Below, in pieces: positions 40,321 through 55,112 of a stretch of DNA of 64,000 nucleotides; the stretch's first letter is position 1; each line of letters begins with the position of its first letter. Source of the stretch: Candidatus Cloacimonadota bacterium (lineage in GTDB: Bacteria; UBA4055); assembly GCA_002742935.1 (NCBI GenBank), contig PDON01000064.1:8514-72513 (forward strand), in the 5' to 3' direction. The notes under the pieces were generated by a model. The model was not told where the DNA came from, ran no database searches, and worked only from the letters and a program-made list of their open reading frames with translations. Both the position numbers and the translations under genes were made by a program.

Positions 40321-41397
40321 ATGAGTAATATTTGTAAAAGGTGTGGATCTTTTAATGAGATTGGAGCAAAGATATGCTCTGAATGTAACGCAGAAATAAA
40401 GACAGGAAAGATCAAATCCAATTCCTCTGTAAAAAAGGACACAATAATAAATGGAGAAAGAAAATTAGGGTTTAAGATTAATCTTCGTAAATATGCTAGT
40501 GGTTATATTTTCATAATAATACTTATTCTTTCCACAATTTTTATCTTTACTGTAAATAGTGATAATTCCCTAAATATTACCGTTGCGAGTATTGTTGACA
40601 GTTTATCTACAAAAACTGTAAAGGATACAATAAATACTGCTGAGAAAGATAAAAAGGTTAAGAAAAAGAAAAAAAAGAAGATAGGTCCTAATTATGTGAA
40701 GAGGAGTATTAGAGATCTTCCAACATATAAAAGTTCCAAAGATGATATGCTTATGGTTTTGGTTCCGGCAGGAGAGTTTGAAATGGGAAGTAATAATGAA
40801 ACCGATTTTGAATCTCCGGTACATAAGGTTACTACCAATAGTTTCTATATTGATGTTCACGAGGTGACAAATAGGCAATATAGAACATTTTTGGAAGCTA
40901 CAGGTTATAAAGCTCCAAGTTTTATAGGTAGACAAAGATTTAATGGCCCCAACCAACCGGTTGTAGGTGTTAGTTATGAGGATGCAAAAGCTTATGCAGA
41001 ATGGGTTGGTAAGAGGTTGCCAACAGAAGAGGAGTGGGAAAAAGCTTCAAGGGGAGGATTAAAAAATATAAAGTATCCGTTCAGCAAGGTTCCTGACCCC
41101 AAAAAATACTGTTACAATTTAAATCCTAATGAAGGAAACCCTATTGATGTTAAGTCTCTAAAGTATAACGACTATAAAATATACGACACTTCAGGTAATG
41201 TATATGAATGGACATCTTCTAAACCTAAATATTATGAAACCCAAAAAAATATGGTTGAAGGGGTTCAATATTTCAGAATTATCCGTGGAGGAAGCTGGAA
41301 GAGTACACCTGAAGATATAACAGTTTCAAAGAGAAAGTTTACAAAAACAAAAAACAAAAGAGATGATCTTGGTTTTAGATGTGTTATGGATAATTAG
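40321..41397 (+). CDS. Zinc-ribbon + TM + FGE-sulfatase domain protein, paralog 2
   Basis: It has the same architecture (CKRCGS...CSECN; RLPTEEEWEKASRGG; RGGSWKS; GFRCV), a K-rich linker, and sits in tandem with paralog 1. Confidence 0.65.
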   Translation: MSNICKRCGSFNEIGAKICSECNAEIKTGKIKSNSSVKKDTIINGERKLGFKINLRKYASGYIFIIILILSTIFIFTVNSDNSLNITVASIVDSLSTKTVKDTINTAEKDKKVKKKKKKKIGPNYVKRSIRDLPTYKSSKDDMLMVLVPAGEFEMGSNNETDFESPVHKVTTNSFYIDVHEVTNRQYRTFLEATGYKAPSFIGRQRFNGPNQPVVGVSYEDAKAYAEWVGKRLPTEEEWEKASRGGLKNIKYPFSKVPDPKKYCYNLNPNEGNPIDVKSLKYNDYKIYDTSGNVYEWTSSKPKYYETQKNMVEGVQYFRIIRGGSWKSTPEDITVSKRKFTKTKNKRDDLGFRCVMDN

Positions 41398-41438
41398 AGA
41401 TTGTTTTAGAGAGGATCTTTGAAAAAGATTTTAATATT

Positions 41439-44226
<2,788 letters not shown>

Positions 44227-44242
44227 AATTTTAGGAGGGGAT

Positions 44243-45682
44243 ATGTCAGAGATAAAAAATTTAGAACCAAAGATTGTTTGGGAGCAGTTTTATAATTTAA
44301 CCCAAACCCCAAGACCTTCAAAAAAGGAGGAAAAAGCTGTTGAGTATCTTATCAATTTTGCTAAAGAGAACAATTTTAGCTATGATAAAGATAGTTCAAA
44401 CAATGTAATCATAAGAAAAGATGCTTCCAAAGGTTGCGAAAACAAGGAATCAATTGTTATTCAAAATCACATTGATATGGTTTGTGAGAAGAATGATGAT
44501 ACAGAATTTAATTTTGACACAGATCCTATTGAAACATATATAGATGGAGAGTGGGTAACTGCTAAAGGTACTACTCTAGGTGCTGATAATGGAATTGGTG
44601 CTGCTATGGGTCTTGCTATTCTTTTGGATAAAGATCTTAAACATGGACCTCTTGAAGTTCTTTTTACAACAGATGAAGAGGAAGGAATGGGTGGAGCCAT
44701 TGGTCTTTCAAAAGATTTCATTAAGAGTAGAAAGATGATCAACATTGATACTGAAGAGGAGGGAGCAATATACATAGGTTGTGCCGGTGGTAAATCTACT
44801 ACTTTCGATGCAAAATTTGATGAAGTTGAAGTTGAGGGTATATCATATAATGTGAGCGTAAAGGGTCTTTTGGGTGGTCATAGTGGTCTTATGATAGATC
44901 AGCAACTTGGAAATGCTATAAAGCTATTGGCTAGAGTTTTGGTAAAGCTTAAGTGTGAAGGTAAATTTCTACATATAGTTTCTCTCAATGGTGGAGATAA
45001 GCATAACGCTATACCTAGAGAGGCAGGTTGTAAACTTATATTAGGTAATGCAATAGATAAAGATGCTATCTCAAAAGAGTTTACCCAAATATTTAGAAAC
45101 GAACTTAAAGGTATTGATGAGGGCGTTGAGGTTAAAATCTCTGATGGTGAAAACTATAAAAGATGTTTATGCTTTGAAGATTCAATGAGAGTTGTTGATC
45201 TTATTTTAGCTATTCCACATGGAGTTCAGTCTTATAGCAAAGAGATACATGGTCTTGTTGAAAGTTCTACAAATCTTGCTTCGTTTAATATTAAAAATGG
45301 TGAACTTTCTATGGTTAGTAGTCAAAGATCTTCAGTTTCCTCTAAGGTTACAGAGGTTTCTGATAGTGTAAAAGCTTGTGGAAATCTAGCCGGTGTTAAT
45401 GTTGAAACAGGTGATGGATATCCTGCTTGGCAACCAAATTTTGATTCAGATCTTGTAAAAAAGAGTGGAGATATATATAAAAAATTGTTTAATAAAGAGG
45501 TTGGTGTAAAGGTTATTCATGCAGGTTTGGAGTGTGGACTATTATCTGAAAAATATCCCGATATGGAGATGATTAGTGTTGGTCCTGATATTACCGGAGC
45601 TCACTCTCCTGATGAGAGCTTAAAAATAAGTAGTGTTAAAAATGTTTACACTTTTGTTAGAGAACTTGTGGAAAGTTTATAA
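44243..45682 (+). CDS. pepD: Aminoacyl-histidine (Xaa-His) dipeptidase, M20 family
   Basis: The PepD-like N-terminus and M20 metal-binding motifs (HIDMV, TTDEEEGMGGA) are present. Confidence 0.7.
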   Translation: MSEIKNLEPKIVWEQFYNLTQTPRPSKKEEKAVEYLINFAKENNFSYDKDSSNNVIIRKDASKGCENKESIVIQNHIDMVCEKNDDTEFNFDTDPIETYIDGEWVTAKGTTLGADNGIGAAMGLAILLDKDLKHGPLEVLFTTDEEEGMGGAIGLSKDFIKSRKMINIDTEEEGAIYIGCAGGKSTTFDAKFDEVEVEGISYNVSVKGLLGGHSGLMIDQQLGNAIKLLARVLVKLKCEGKFLHIVSLNGGDKHNAIPREAGCKLILGNAIDKDAISKEFTQIFRNELKGIDEGVEVKISDGENYKRCLCFEDSMRVVDLILAIPHGVQSYSKEIHGLVESSTNLASFNIKNGELSMVSSQRSSVSSKVTEVSDSVKACGNLAGVNVETGDGYPAWQPNFDSDLVKKSGDIYKKLFNKEVGVKVIHAGLECGLLSEKYPDMEMISVGPDITGAHSPDESLKISSVKNVYTFVRELVESL

Positions 45683-45720
45683 CTGTTTAAGGGTTAATGA
45701 TTCTGTTTTATCTTTAAAAT

Positions 45721-45950
45721 GGAATAGCCATTAGGTGCTCTTGTTTTATCTTTCGGTAGATCTGACTAAGATCTACTAAAAGAAGGTTAAGAGCATGCTA
45801 TTTGACAGGTCGTGTAGATATAGCCAAACTGCAAGCTTCTCAGCTGATAGGTGTTGAAGCTTGCAGTTGATATAAATAGAGAGAAGAGATAGAACAAAGA
45901 ATCTGCCTTTTCTATCTCTTTGTGGTAGGCGTTAAAAACTCTTTTCTATA
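45721..45950 (+). other. Highly structured intergenic region; possible leader or small RNA
   Basis: Several perfect inverted repeats lie within 230 nt: tagatct/agatcta, tgcaagcttc/gaagcttgca (10 bp) and agagatagaa/ttctatctct (10 bp). They are enclosed by ggtgctctt/aagagcat. Confidence 0.25.
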
Positions 45951-46199
45951 ACCTACTCTTTTAATATCTGTTACTTTGTACCCATTTTGCCGTAAACGGA
46001 TAGTGTTTGATCTTTTAAAAGGAGATCCTAACTAAAATCATAAACTTATCAAAGATTTTACTTGTATATAGCAAAATCCGTACATAATATTACTACCAAT
46101 AAGTTTTATGCTCATATTAGTTGAAACTTAGTTGTTAAACCTTTATATTATAGGGTAACTTAAAATCTTTTAAATGAGTATTATTTCAAAGTTAACTAG

Positions 46200-46421
46200 T
46201 TGAAAATAGTTTGGAGATCCTTAATGTTAAAAATATTTTTGCTAACAGCATCTGTTTTTGCTTTCCTCTTTGTAGGAATGGGATTAAAGATGTTGGTTTC
46301 CGGTAGGGCTACAAAAAAAGCTTGTTCATGTAGCTTTGGAGGGAATGATCTTAAGCCGTCTGGTTCGTGCTGTGGGGGTAGTAACCCCAACAAAAGGATT
46401 GAAATAAAGAAAATAACTTAA
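46200..46421 (+). CDS. NqrM-like small Cys-containing membrane protein (putative Na+-NQR maturation factor)
   Basis: This 73-aa protein has one TM helix and CSCS...SCCGG cysteines. It lies immediately upstream of nqrA. Confidence 0.4.
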   Translation: MKIVWRSLMLKIFLLTASVFAFLFVGMGLKMLVSGRATKKACSCSFGGNDLKPSGSCCGGSNPNKRIEIKKIT

Positions 46422-46441
46422 ATTAGGAAAGCGGAAAGCCT

Positions 46442-47767
46442 ATGAAGCATATTAAGCTAAAGAAAGGTTATGATATCAGAATTGATGGGGATTTCTCTGA
46501 CCCGAAAATCAAAGATGATTTTATTGTTCCTGATCTTGTAGCTGTTAAACCTATTGATTTTACCGGTATTAAAGAGAAGCTTATGGTAAAAGAGGGTGAT
46601 AAGGTAAAAATTGGTACACCTCTCTTTTATGCAAAGCATGATGATAGAATCAAATTTGTTTCACCTGTTAGCGGGGAAGTTAAATCTATAGTTAGAGGTG
46701 AGAGAAGAAAGGTTTTGGAGATTGTTGTTGAGAACGACAAAAAGAGTGAAAGATTAGACCTTAGTGTAAAAGATGGTAATAGAGAGGAGATTTTAGATTC
46801 TCTTTTAAAATCAGGTGTGTTCCCTACCATTAGACAAAGACCTTTCAATAAAATTGCAGATGTTGATAAAATACCAAGAGATATTTTTATCTCATTTTTT
46901 GATTCAGCTCCACTGGGAGTTGATTTCTTGTTTATTGCTAACCAGTATGATGGTGAGCTAAAAAAAGGTATAGAGGTTTTTAAGAAGTTAACAAATGGTT
47001 CTATTTACATAGGTGTTAACTCTGATAATATCCCCAAAATTGATGGTGTTGAATTTGTTAAGTTTACAGGACCTCATCCTTCGGGAACTGTAGGGATTCA
47101 GATCCATCACATCTCACCTATTAAGGGTAAAAATGATATTGTTTGGGGATTAGATCTCAGTGATCTTATTAGAGTAGGAACACTTTTCAAAGAGAAGAAA
47201 TTTCCTGACTGCAAGATTGTTAAGGCTGTGGGAACAAATAGTTTAAATCCCGGTTACTATAAAGTTACCAATGGTGCGAAAATTAACTCATTTGTAGAGG
47301 CTAAAGAAAACTCAAGAGTTGTATCGGGAAATCTATTAACAGGTAGAAATGTAGGCAATGAAGGGTATCTTGGCTTCTATGATAATCTTATATCTATTAT
47401 ACCTGAGCCTAATGAAGCTAAATTTCTTGGCTGGTCAATGCCCGGTTTTGGAGTAGAATCATACTCAAGAACCATGATAACGGGGTTTATGTCAAAGCTA
47501 AAGAAGTTTAATATAGATGCCGGTATCAATGGTGGCAAGAGAGCTTTTATATCTTCGGGAAATTATGAAACTGTAGTTCCTATGGATATCTATCCCGTAT
47601 ATCTCATTAAGGCTATCTTAGCTGAAGAGATTGAGGAGATGGAGGCTTTGGGTATCTATGAAGTTAGTGAAGAAGAACTAGCTTTATGTGAGTTTATCTG
47701 TCCTTCAAAAATTGAGTGGCAGGAGATTGTTAGAAAAGGTTTAGATCTTATGGAAAAAGAGGCTTAA
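46442..47767 (+). CDS. nqrA: Na+-translocating NADH:quinone oxidoreductase subunit A
   Basis: This is an NqrA-family protein and first gene of the nqrABCDEF order. Confidence 0.8.
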   Translation: MKHIKLKKGYDIRIDGDFSDPKIKDDFIVPDLVAVKPIDFTGIKEKLMVKEGDKVKIGTPLFYAKHDDRIKFVSPVSGEVKSIVRGERRKVLEIVVENDKKSERLDLSVKDGNREEILDSLLKSGVFPTIRQRPFNKIADVDKIPRDIFISFFDSAPLGVDFLFIANQYDGELKKGIEVFKKLTNGSIYIGVNSDNIPKIDGVEFVKFTGPHPSGTVGIQIHHISPIKGKNDIVWGLDLSDLIRVGTLFKEKKFPDCKIVKAVGTNSLNPGYYKVTNGAKINSFVEAKENSRVVSGNLLTGRNVGNEGYLGFYDNLISIIPEPNEAKFLGWSMPGFGVESYSRTMITGFMSKLKKFNIDAGINGGKRAFISSGNYETVVPMDIYPVYLIKAILAEEIEEMEALGIYEVSEEELALCEFICPSKIEWQEIVRKGLDLMEKEA

Positions 47768-47843
47768 ACAATAGAGCTTAAAAGATCTCTTTTAGATTGA
47801 AGTAAGTTGGAAGTAATCAATAATATAATTTTGGATTATGTAG

Positions 47844-49022
47844 ATGAAATTTTTACACAATATGTTAGAAAAGGTTAAGCCTAATTTTGAAAAGGGTGGG
47901 AAGTATGAAAAGCTTTACCCTCTTTTTGAGATGACAGAAACCTTTCTATTTAGTCAACCTATACCTACAAAAAAGGGTGCTCATATAAGGGATGGTGTTG
48001 ATTCAAAAAGATTTATGACGATGGTTATATATGCACTAATGCCTGCTATGCTTTTTGGAATGTATAACATTGGATTTCAGCACTATAAATCAATAGGAGC
48101 AGAAGCTTCTATTTTTGAAATGTTTATTAAAGGAGCATGGTCACTAATACCCATATACATAGTAACTTTTGGAGTTGGAGGCTTTTGGGAGATGCTTTTT
48201 TCTGTAATAAGAAAGCATGAGATAAATGAAGGTCTCTTGGTTACCGGTTTTTTGATACCTCTAATTGTACCACCTACCATACCGCTTTGGCAACTTGCTA
48301 TTGCTGTTTCTTTTGGTGTTGTAATAGCTAAAGAGGTTTTTGGAGGAACGGGAATGAATATATTTAATCCCGCTCTTATGGCAAGAGCTTTTCTGTTTTT
48401 TGCTTATCCAAAAAATATTTCAGGTAATAGTGTATGGACTGTTTTTGGCGATAAAACCATTGATGCCTACACATCGGCAACCCCTCTTTCTGTAGTGGTT
48501 GAGGGATCTACAACTACTACTCCTGTTGTGGATAATCTTTTGAGTTCAGGATACTCATTTATGGATATGTTCTTAGGATTTATTCCGGGTTCTGTTGGAG
48601 AGGTGTCAACGTTGGCAATACTTTTGGGTGCAGCTTTCCTTATAATAACAGGTGTGGGAAGCTGGAGAATTATGTTGTCAATCTTTGTAGGAGGATATCT
48701 AATGGCACTTTTGATGAACGGCTTTGCTCCTGATTCTTCATCTCTTCTTGCCATACCTCCTCACTATCACATGGTTATGGGTGGATTTGCTTTTGGTGCC
48801 GTTTTTATGGCAACAGATCCTATATCTGCTTCCCAAACCAATAAAGGAAAATATATTTATGGATTTTTAATTGGTGTTATAGCAATAATTATAAGATCTT
48901 TAAACCCTGCTTATCCTGAGGGTATGATGCTTTCTATTCTGTTTATGAATGCTTTTGCACCACTTATTGACCACTATATTGTTGCCGGAAATAAGAAAAG
49001 GAGGTTAAACTATGGTAAATAA
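47844..49022 (+). CDS. nqrB: Na+-NQR subunit B
   Basis: This is a polytopic membrane protein homologous to RnfD, with an FMN-attachment region. Confidence 0.8.
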   Translation: MKFLHNMLEKVKPNFEKGGKYEKLYPLFEMTETFLFSQPIPTKKGAHIRDGVDSKRFMTMVIYALMPAMLFGMYNIGFQHYKSIGAEASIFEMFIKGAWSLIPIYIVTFGVGGFWEMLFSVIRKHEINEGLLVTGFLIPLIVPPTIPLWQLAIAVSFGVVIAKEVFGGTGMNIFNPALMARAFLFFAYPKNISGNSVWTVFGDKTIDAYTSATPLSVVVEGSTTTTPVVDNLLSSGYSFMDMFLGFIPGSVGEVSTLAILLGAAFLIITGVGSWRIMLSIFVGGYLMALLMNGFAPDSSSLLAIPPHYHMVMGGFAFGAVFMATDPISASQTNKGKYIYGFLIGVIAIIIRSLNPAYPEGMMLSILFMNAFAPLIDHYIVAGNKKRRLNYGK

Positions 49023-49689
49023 GGAAAGTAACCTCTATACATTGGTTTTTGCCAGTTTGATTACTATTTTCTGTGCTGTTCTTCTTTCGTTTACCTCATT
49101 TTCTTTGAAAGAAAAGCAAGAGAAAAATCTTGAGGTGGATTCAAAAAAGAATATATTAAAAGCCGTTACTCTTTTAAAAGATGGAAAAGAGTATTCTCAA
49201 GAGGAGATATTGGATCTCTACAAAAACTCTATTGAAGAGAAGTCTGTTGATGATAATGGTAACTTCACAACCAAAGGTAATAAGGTTTATATTGCCAAAA
49301 AAGATGGTAAGATTATCTCATATTGCATACCTATTGAGGGTAAAGGGTTGTGGTCAACTATATATGGTTACATGGCTCTTGAAAAAGATTGTAATAGAGT
49401 TAAGGGTATAACATTTTATAAGCATGGTGAAACTCCGGGACTTGGAGGAGAGATATCTCAGCCATGGTTTATGAAAAACTACATTGGTAAAGAGATCTTT
49501 AATAGTTCGGGAGAGTTAGCTTCTATAACAATTCTTAAAGGTAAGGTAAATCTTCAAAACAGTGAATCTTCACACCAAGTTGATGGTATAAGTGGAGCAA
49601 CCCTTACATGTAAGGGTGTAAATAAATTTATTAAGGAAGATCTTACTACATACAAACCATTCTTTAACAAAATAAAAGGGGGTATGTAA
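49012..49689 (+). CDS. nqrC: Na+-NQR subunit C (FMN-binding)
   Basis: It has the [15 protein letters not shown]-attachment motif. Confidence 0.8.
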   Translation: MVNKESNLYTLVFASLITIFCAVLLSFTSFSLKEKQEKNLEVDSKKNILKAVTLLKDGKEYSQEEILDLYKNSIEEKSVDDNGNFTTKGNKVYIAKKDGKIISYCIPIEGKGLWSTIYGYMALEKDCNRVKGITFYKHGETPGLGGEISQPWFMKNYIGKEIFNSSGELASITILKGKVNLQNSESSHQVDGISGATLTCKGVNKFIKEDLTTYKPFFNKIKGGM

Positions 49690-50297
49690 TGGATTTAAAG
49701 CTTATAAAAGATCCTATCTTTAAAAATAACCCCATAACAGTTCAGGTGCTTGGAATCTGTTCTGCTTTGGCTGTAACAACACAGTTAAAACTTTCAATAG
49801 TTATGGGGATTGCCGTAACATTTGTGGTAGTTTTCTCAAACTTCTTCACATCTATCATAAGAAATTTTATTCCCAACAAGATCCGTATTATTGTTGAGAT
49901 GGCTATAATTGCAACTTTTGTAATCTTAGTAGATGAGTTTTTGAAAGCTTTTGCTTTTAATGTTTCTAAACAGCTTTCAGTATTTGTGGGACTAATTATA
50001 ACAAACTGTATCGTACTTGGAAGACTTGAAGCATTTGCTATGGGAAACAAACCCGGAGCATCTGTTCTTGATGGTTTTGGTAACGGTTTGGGTTATGCTT
50101 TAATCTTGGTTGTAGTAGGTTTCTTTAGAGAGCTGTTAGGATCAGGAAAACTTATGGGAATAAAGGTTATTCCTGAAAGTTTTTACAATTTTGGATATGT
50201 TGATAATGGTATTATGGTTTTGGCACCGGGGGTGTTTTTCCTTCTTGCAATCATAATTTGGATCCATAGATCTATTACCGGAAACAAAGAAGCATAA
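49689..50297 (+). CDS. nqrD: Na+-NQR subunit D
   Basis: This is an NqrD/RnfE-family membrane protein. Confidence 0.8.
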   Translation: MDLKLIKDPIFKNNPITVQVLGICSALAVTTQLKLSIVMGIAVTFVVVFSNFFTSIIRNFIPNKIRIIVEMAIIATFVILVDEFLKAFAFNVSKQLSVFVGLIITNCIVLGRLEAFAMGNKPGASVLDGFGNGLGYALILVVVGFFRELLGSGKLMGIKVIPESFYNFGYVDNGIMVLAPGVFFLLAIIIWIHRSITGNKEA

Positions 50298-50328
50298 AGA
50301 ACTATAAATTAAAGATTAGGAATAGATT

Positions 50329-50943
50329 ATGGATTTAGTAAATCTGGCAATAAAATCAATATTCATTGAAAATATTGCTCTATCATTCTTCTTGGGAATG
50401 TGCTCCTTTTTGGCTGTTTCCAAAAAATTAAAGACTGCTGTAGGTCTTGGATTGGCAGTTGTTTTTGTAGCTACCATTACTGCTCCCGTTAACTGGGTTA
50501 TAAAAAAGTATATTCTTAGCAAGGGTGCTTTAGTATGGCTTGATCCTTCATTTGCAGATACTGATCTTTCATTTCTTTCACTAATTGTATTTATTGGTGT
50601 TATTGCAGCAATGGTACAGATAGTGGAGATGACAGTTGAAAAGGTTTCGGAATCACTATACAACGCTTTGGGTATCTTTCTTCCTTTAATTACCGTAAAC
50701 TGTGCAATTTTAGGTATATCCCTGTTTATGGTTGAAAGAAACTATACATTAGCCGAAACAACAGTTTTTGGTGCTTCCTCAGGATTTGGTTTCTTTTTAG
50801 CTATGGCTGCACTAGCCGCAATAAGAGAGAAGCTAAAATATTCAAATGTTCCAAATGGATTGAGAGGTCTTGGTATAACAATGATAACAACCGGACTTCT
50901 TGCGATGGCTTTTATGTCATTTTCCGGAATAAACTTAGGTTAA
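50329..50943 (+). CDS. nqrE: Na+-NQR subunit E
   Basis: This is an NqrE/RnfA-family membrane protein. Confidence 0.8.
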   Translation: MDLVNLAIKSIFIENIALSFFLGMCSFLAVSKKLKTAVGLGLAVVFVATITAPVNWVIKKYILSKGALVWLDPSFADTDLSFLSLIVFIGVIAAMVQIVEMTVEKVSESLYNALGIFLPLITVNCAILGISLFMVERNYTLAETTVFGASSGFGFFLAMAALAAIREKLKYSNVPNGLRGLGITMITTGLLAMAFMSFSGINLG

Positions 50944-50970
50944 TTTAAAGGTAAATTAGGAGTAGATAAT

Positions 50971-52209
50971 ATGTCAATTATCTTAATTAGTACAGTTGTA
51001 TTTCTTGTGATTATCCTAATCCTTACCGTTGCAATAATCTTTTCTGAGAAGTTCCTTGTTGATAAGGGTAATGTAAAGATTAAGATTAATGAAGGATCTG
51101 ATAAGGATTTTGAAGTAGAGTCGGGACAAACTCTTCTAAATACACTCTCAAATCAAGGGATACTACTACCTTCAGCTTGCGGTGGAGGTGGTACTTGTGG
51201 TGTTTGTAGATGTCAAGTTAAAGAGGGTGGAGGGGATCTCCTTCCAACAGAAGAGAGTCATATTACAAGAGCAGAAGCTAAAGATAACTGGAGGCTTGCT
51301 TGTCAGGTAAAGGTTAAAAAAGATATGGAACTTGAGATTCCAGAGGAGTATTTTAATATTAAAAAGTGGGAATGTGAAGTTATATCAAATAAAAATGTTT
51401 CCACATATATTAAAGAGTTTGTACTAAGGCTTCCTCCGGGTGAGCATATGCATTTCAAAGCCGGTGGATATATCCAAATAGATCTTCCAAAGTATGATAT
51501 AAAATTTTCTGATATGGATATTGAGGATGAGTACAAAGATGAGTGGAATCAATACAAAATGTTTGATCTTACCGTAAAAAATAACGAGGAAAGCGTAAGG
51601 GCATACTCTATGGCTAACTATCCTGCTGAGGGTGATATAGTTATGTTAAATGTTAGAATCTGTCCTCCACCTTGGGATAGAGCTAAGAATCAGTATATGA
51701 ATGTTCCTCCGGGAATTTCATCTTCGTATGTATTTAGTCGTAAACCCGGTGATAAGGTAACTGTTTCTGGTGCTTACGGTGAGTTCTTTATAAATGAAGA
51801 TAGTGAAAGCGAAATGTGTTACATTGGTGGTGGTGCAGGTATGGCTCCAATGAGATCCCATATTATGCATTTGTTCAAAACTATGAAAACCAAGAGGAAG
51901 GTAACATTCTGGTACGGTGCAAGATCTGTTAAAGAACTTTTCTATCTTGATGATTTTAAAGCTCTTGAAGAGGAGTTTGAAAACTTTACATTCAATATAG
52001 CTCTTTCTGATGCTACTCCAGAAGATAAATGGGAAGGTATGACAGGGTTTATCCATGCAGCTCTTCGTGATAACTATCTGTTAGAGCATGAAGCTCCTGA
52101 AGATATTGAGTACTATCTTTGTGGACCTCCTATGATGATTGATGCAGTAAATAAGATGCTCTTTGATCTAGGTGTTGAGAAAGAGATGATTAGATATGAT
52201 GAGTTCTAG
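50971..52209 (+). CDS. nqrF: Na+-NQR subunit F (2Fe-2S ferredoxin + FAD/NADH-binding)
   Basis: It has an N-terminal TM helix, CGGGGTCGVCRC 2Fe-2S cysteines and an FNR-like domain. Confidence 0.85.
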   Translation: MSIILISTVVFLVIILILTVAIIFSEKFLVDKGNVKIKINEGSDKDFEVESGQTLLNTLSNQGILLPSACGGGGTCGVCRCQVKEGGGDLLPTEESHITRAEAKDNWRLACQVKVKKDMELEIPEEYFNIKKWECEVISNKNVSTYIKEFVLRLPPGEHMHFKAGGYIQIDLPKYDIKFSDMDIEDEYKDEWNQYKMFDLTVKNNEESVRAYSMANYPAEGDIVMLNVRICPPPWDRAKNQYMNVPPGISSSYVFSRKPGDKVTVSGAYGEFFINEDSESEMCYIGGGAGMAPMRSHIMHLFKTMKTKRKVTFWYGARSVKELFYLDDFKALEEEFENFTFNIALSDATPEDKWEGMTGFIHAALRDNYLLEHEAPEDIEYYLCGPPMMIDAVNKMLFDLGVEKEMIRYDEF

Positions 52210-52228
52210 GATTTTATAGAAAATGGAA

Positions 52229-52258
52229 AAAGGGATCAAAATTTGATCCCTTTTTTGT
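52229..52258 (+). terminator. Rho-independent terminator after nqrF
   Basis: aaagggatcaaaatttgatcccttt is followed by tttt. Confidence 0.6.
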
Positions 52259-52398
52259 TCTGGAAATAAAGGATATAAGGGTAAAGATAACCTCAGTTCG
52301 AGATAGGTATTTATCCAATATTTGTTTTATCTCGAATGATACAACTGTATTGATCAGTCTGGGAAAAGTTTTAAGATTTTTTAAAATCTACAGGCTAC

Positions 52399-52523
52399 CG
52401 ATAAGCTTCGCATTACTGCGTTATCAAATTTTTATGTTCAAATTACCCAGTATTTCTAGGCTATGGATCAGATAAAAATTGGATTCTTTATACTACTAGT
52501 TTATCGAAATTCTGACTTTTTAT
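52399..52523 (+). repeat. Intergenic repeat family, copy C
   Basis: cgataagcttcgcattactgcg...cccagtatttctaggct...tactactagtttatcgaaattctgacttttta aligns along the full length of copy B. Confidence 0.6.
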
Positions 52524-52610
52524 AGTACTTTTTTTGTATCCAAAGATCCTCTTTTTCTTATCAAAAAGAATCAAAAGATTAAATAAAAAAAAGAGGATGC
52601 CAAACTTTTG

Positions 52611-52641
52611 AACATCCTCTTTCTATATTTAGAGCTTAATG
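52611..52641 (-). terminator. Rho-independent terminator of groEL
   Basis: On the minus strand, aagaggatgttcaaaagtttggcatcctctt is followed by ttttttttattt. Confidence 0.6.
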
Positions 52642-52643
52642 AA

Positions 52644-54302
<1,659 letters not shown>

Positions 54303-54339
54303 CTAATTTTACATATAAGTTTTAAACTTTGATTGTTAT

Positions 54340-54618
54340 CTATTCAACAACAGCCAATATATCTTCCAAATTTAGAACAAGATATTTCTCATCATCAAGC
54401 TTAACTTCTGTTCCGGAGTATTTTCCAAAAAGAACTTGATCATCAAGTTTTATATCTTTTTTCACATCCTCACCTGTTCCAATAGCAATCACTTTGCCCA
54501 TTTGAGGTTTCTCTTTTTCAGCTGAATCAGGAAGAAAGATACCTCCTGCTGTTTTGTTCTCCTCTTTTTCAATCGGCTTAACAACTACTCTGTTTTGTAT
54601 AGGTTTGAATTTTGCCAT
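54340..54618 (-). CDS. groES: Co-chaperonin GroES
   Basis: This 92-aa Cpn10 sits upstream of groEL. Confidence 0.9.
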   Translation of the reverse strand: MAKFKPIQNRVVVKPIEKEENKTAGGIFLPDSAEKEKPQMGKVIAIGTGEDVKKDIKLDDQVLFGKYSGTEVKLDDEKYLVLNLEDILAVVE

Positions 54619-54737
54619 TTTGTTCTCCTTTTTATAGTAATTTTAGTTTAAGTTCAACAATCTTATGTGTTGTGCAATTAGGATGCCATTTGAAATGCTA
54701 TGCCTATAACTTTTGTTTCTGCTTCTTTTGGCATAGT

Positions 54738-54760
54738 TTGTCATCTAAAACATATGACAA
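54738..54760. promoter_or_regulatory. Inverted repeat upstream of groES (candidate heat-shock operator; not a CIRCE)
   Basis: ttgtcat-N9-atgacaa lies about 120 bp upstream of the groES start. No TTAGCACTC-N9-GAGTGCTAA element was seen. Confidence 0.25.
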
Positions 54761-55112
54761 TGGCAGAATATCTACAGAGCTTATTATTAGCTTTTACTAA
54801 TTTTACACTCCAAGATCTTTGACAAAAATATATAGATATAATTGTAAAAAAAATGATTGAATTCTTATCTACATTAGTATTATCATTATAATACTATGTT
54901 AATGGTTCTCTGTTAAGGTTGTTGAAAATGTATAATTTCTAATCTTTTATAGTTAAAAGCATAATTTTTATATGGATTTATTATTACACTTTACAACCTC
55001 TTTTCTATATGGTAGAACTATTTAGATAGAGTATTTAACAGAGTTGTCTTATAGTTTTGAAATTAACTATTGGGTAAGAATAGATAAAAGAAAAAATTAA
55101 GGATGGTATTGT

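Noticed and set aside
45740-45850. SRP (4.5S) RNA-like similarity (GGTGCTCT...CAGGTC...AGCCAA)
   Set aside because: The conserved helix-8 GNRA tetraloop region and symmetric-loop motifs are not present in the right arrangement. I kept the region only as a generic structured region.
54619-55112. CIRCE heat-shock element upstream of groES
   Set aside because: I searched both strands for TTAGCACTC-N9-GAGTGCTAA. Nothing is present beyond an unrelated ttgtcat-N9-atgacaa palindrome.
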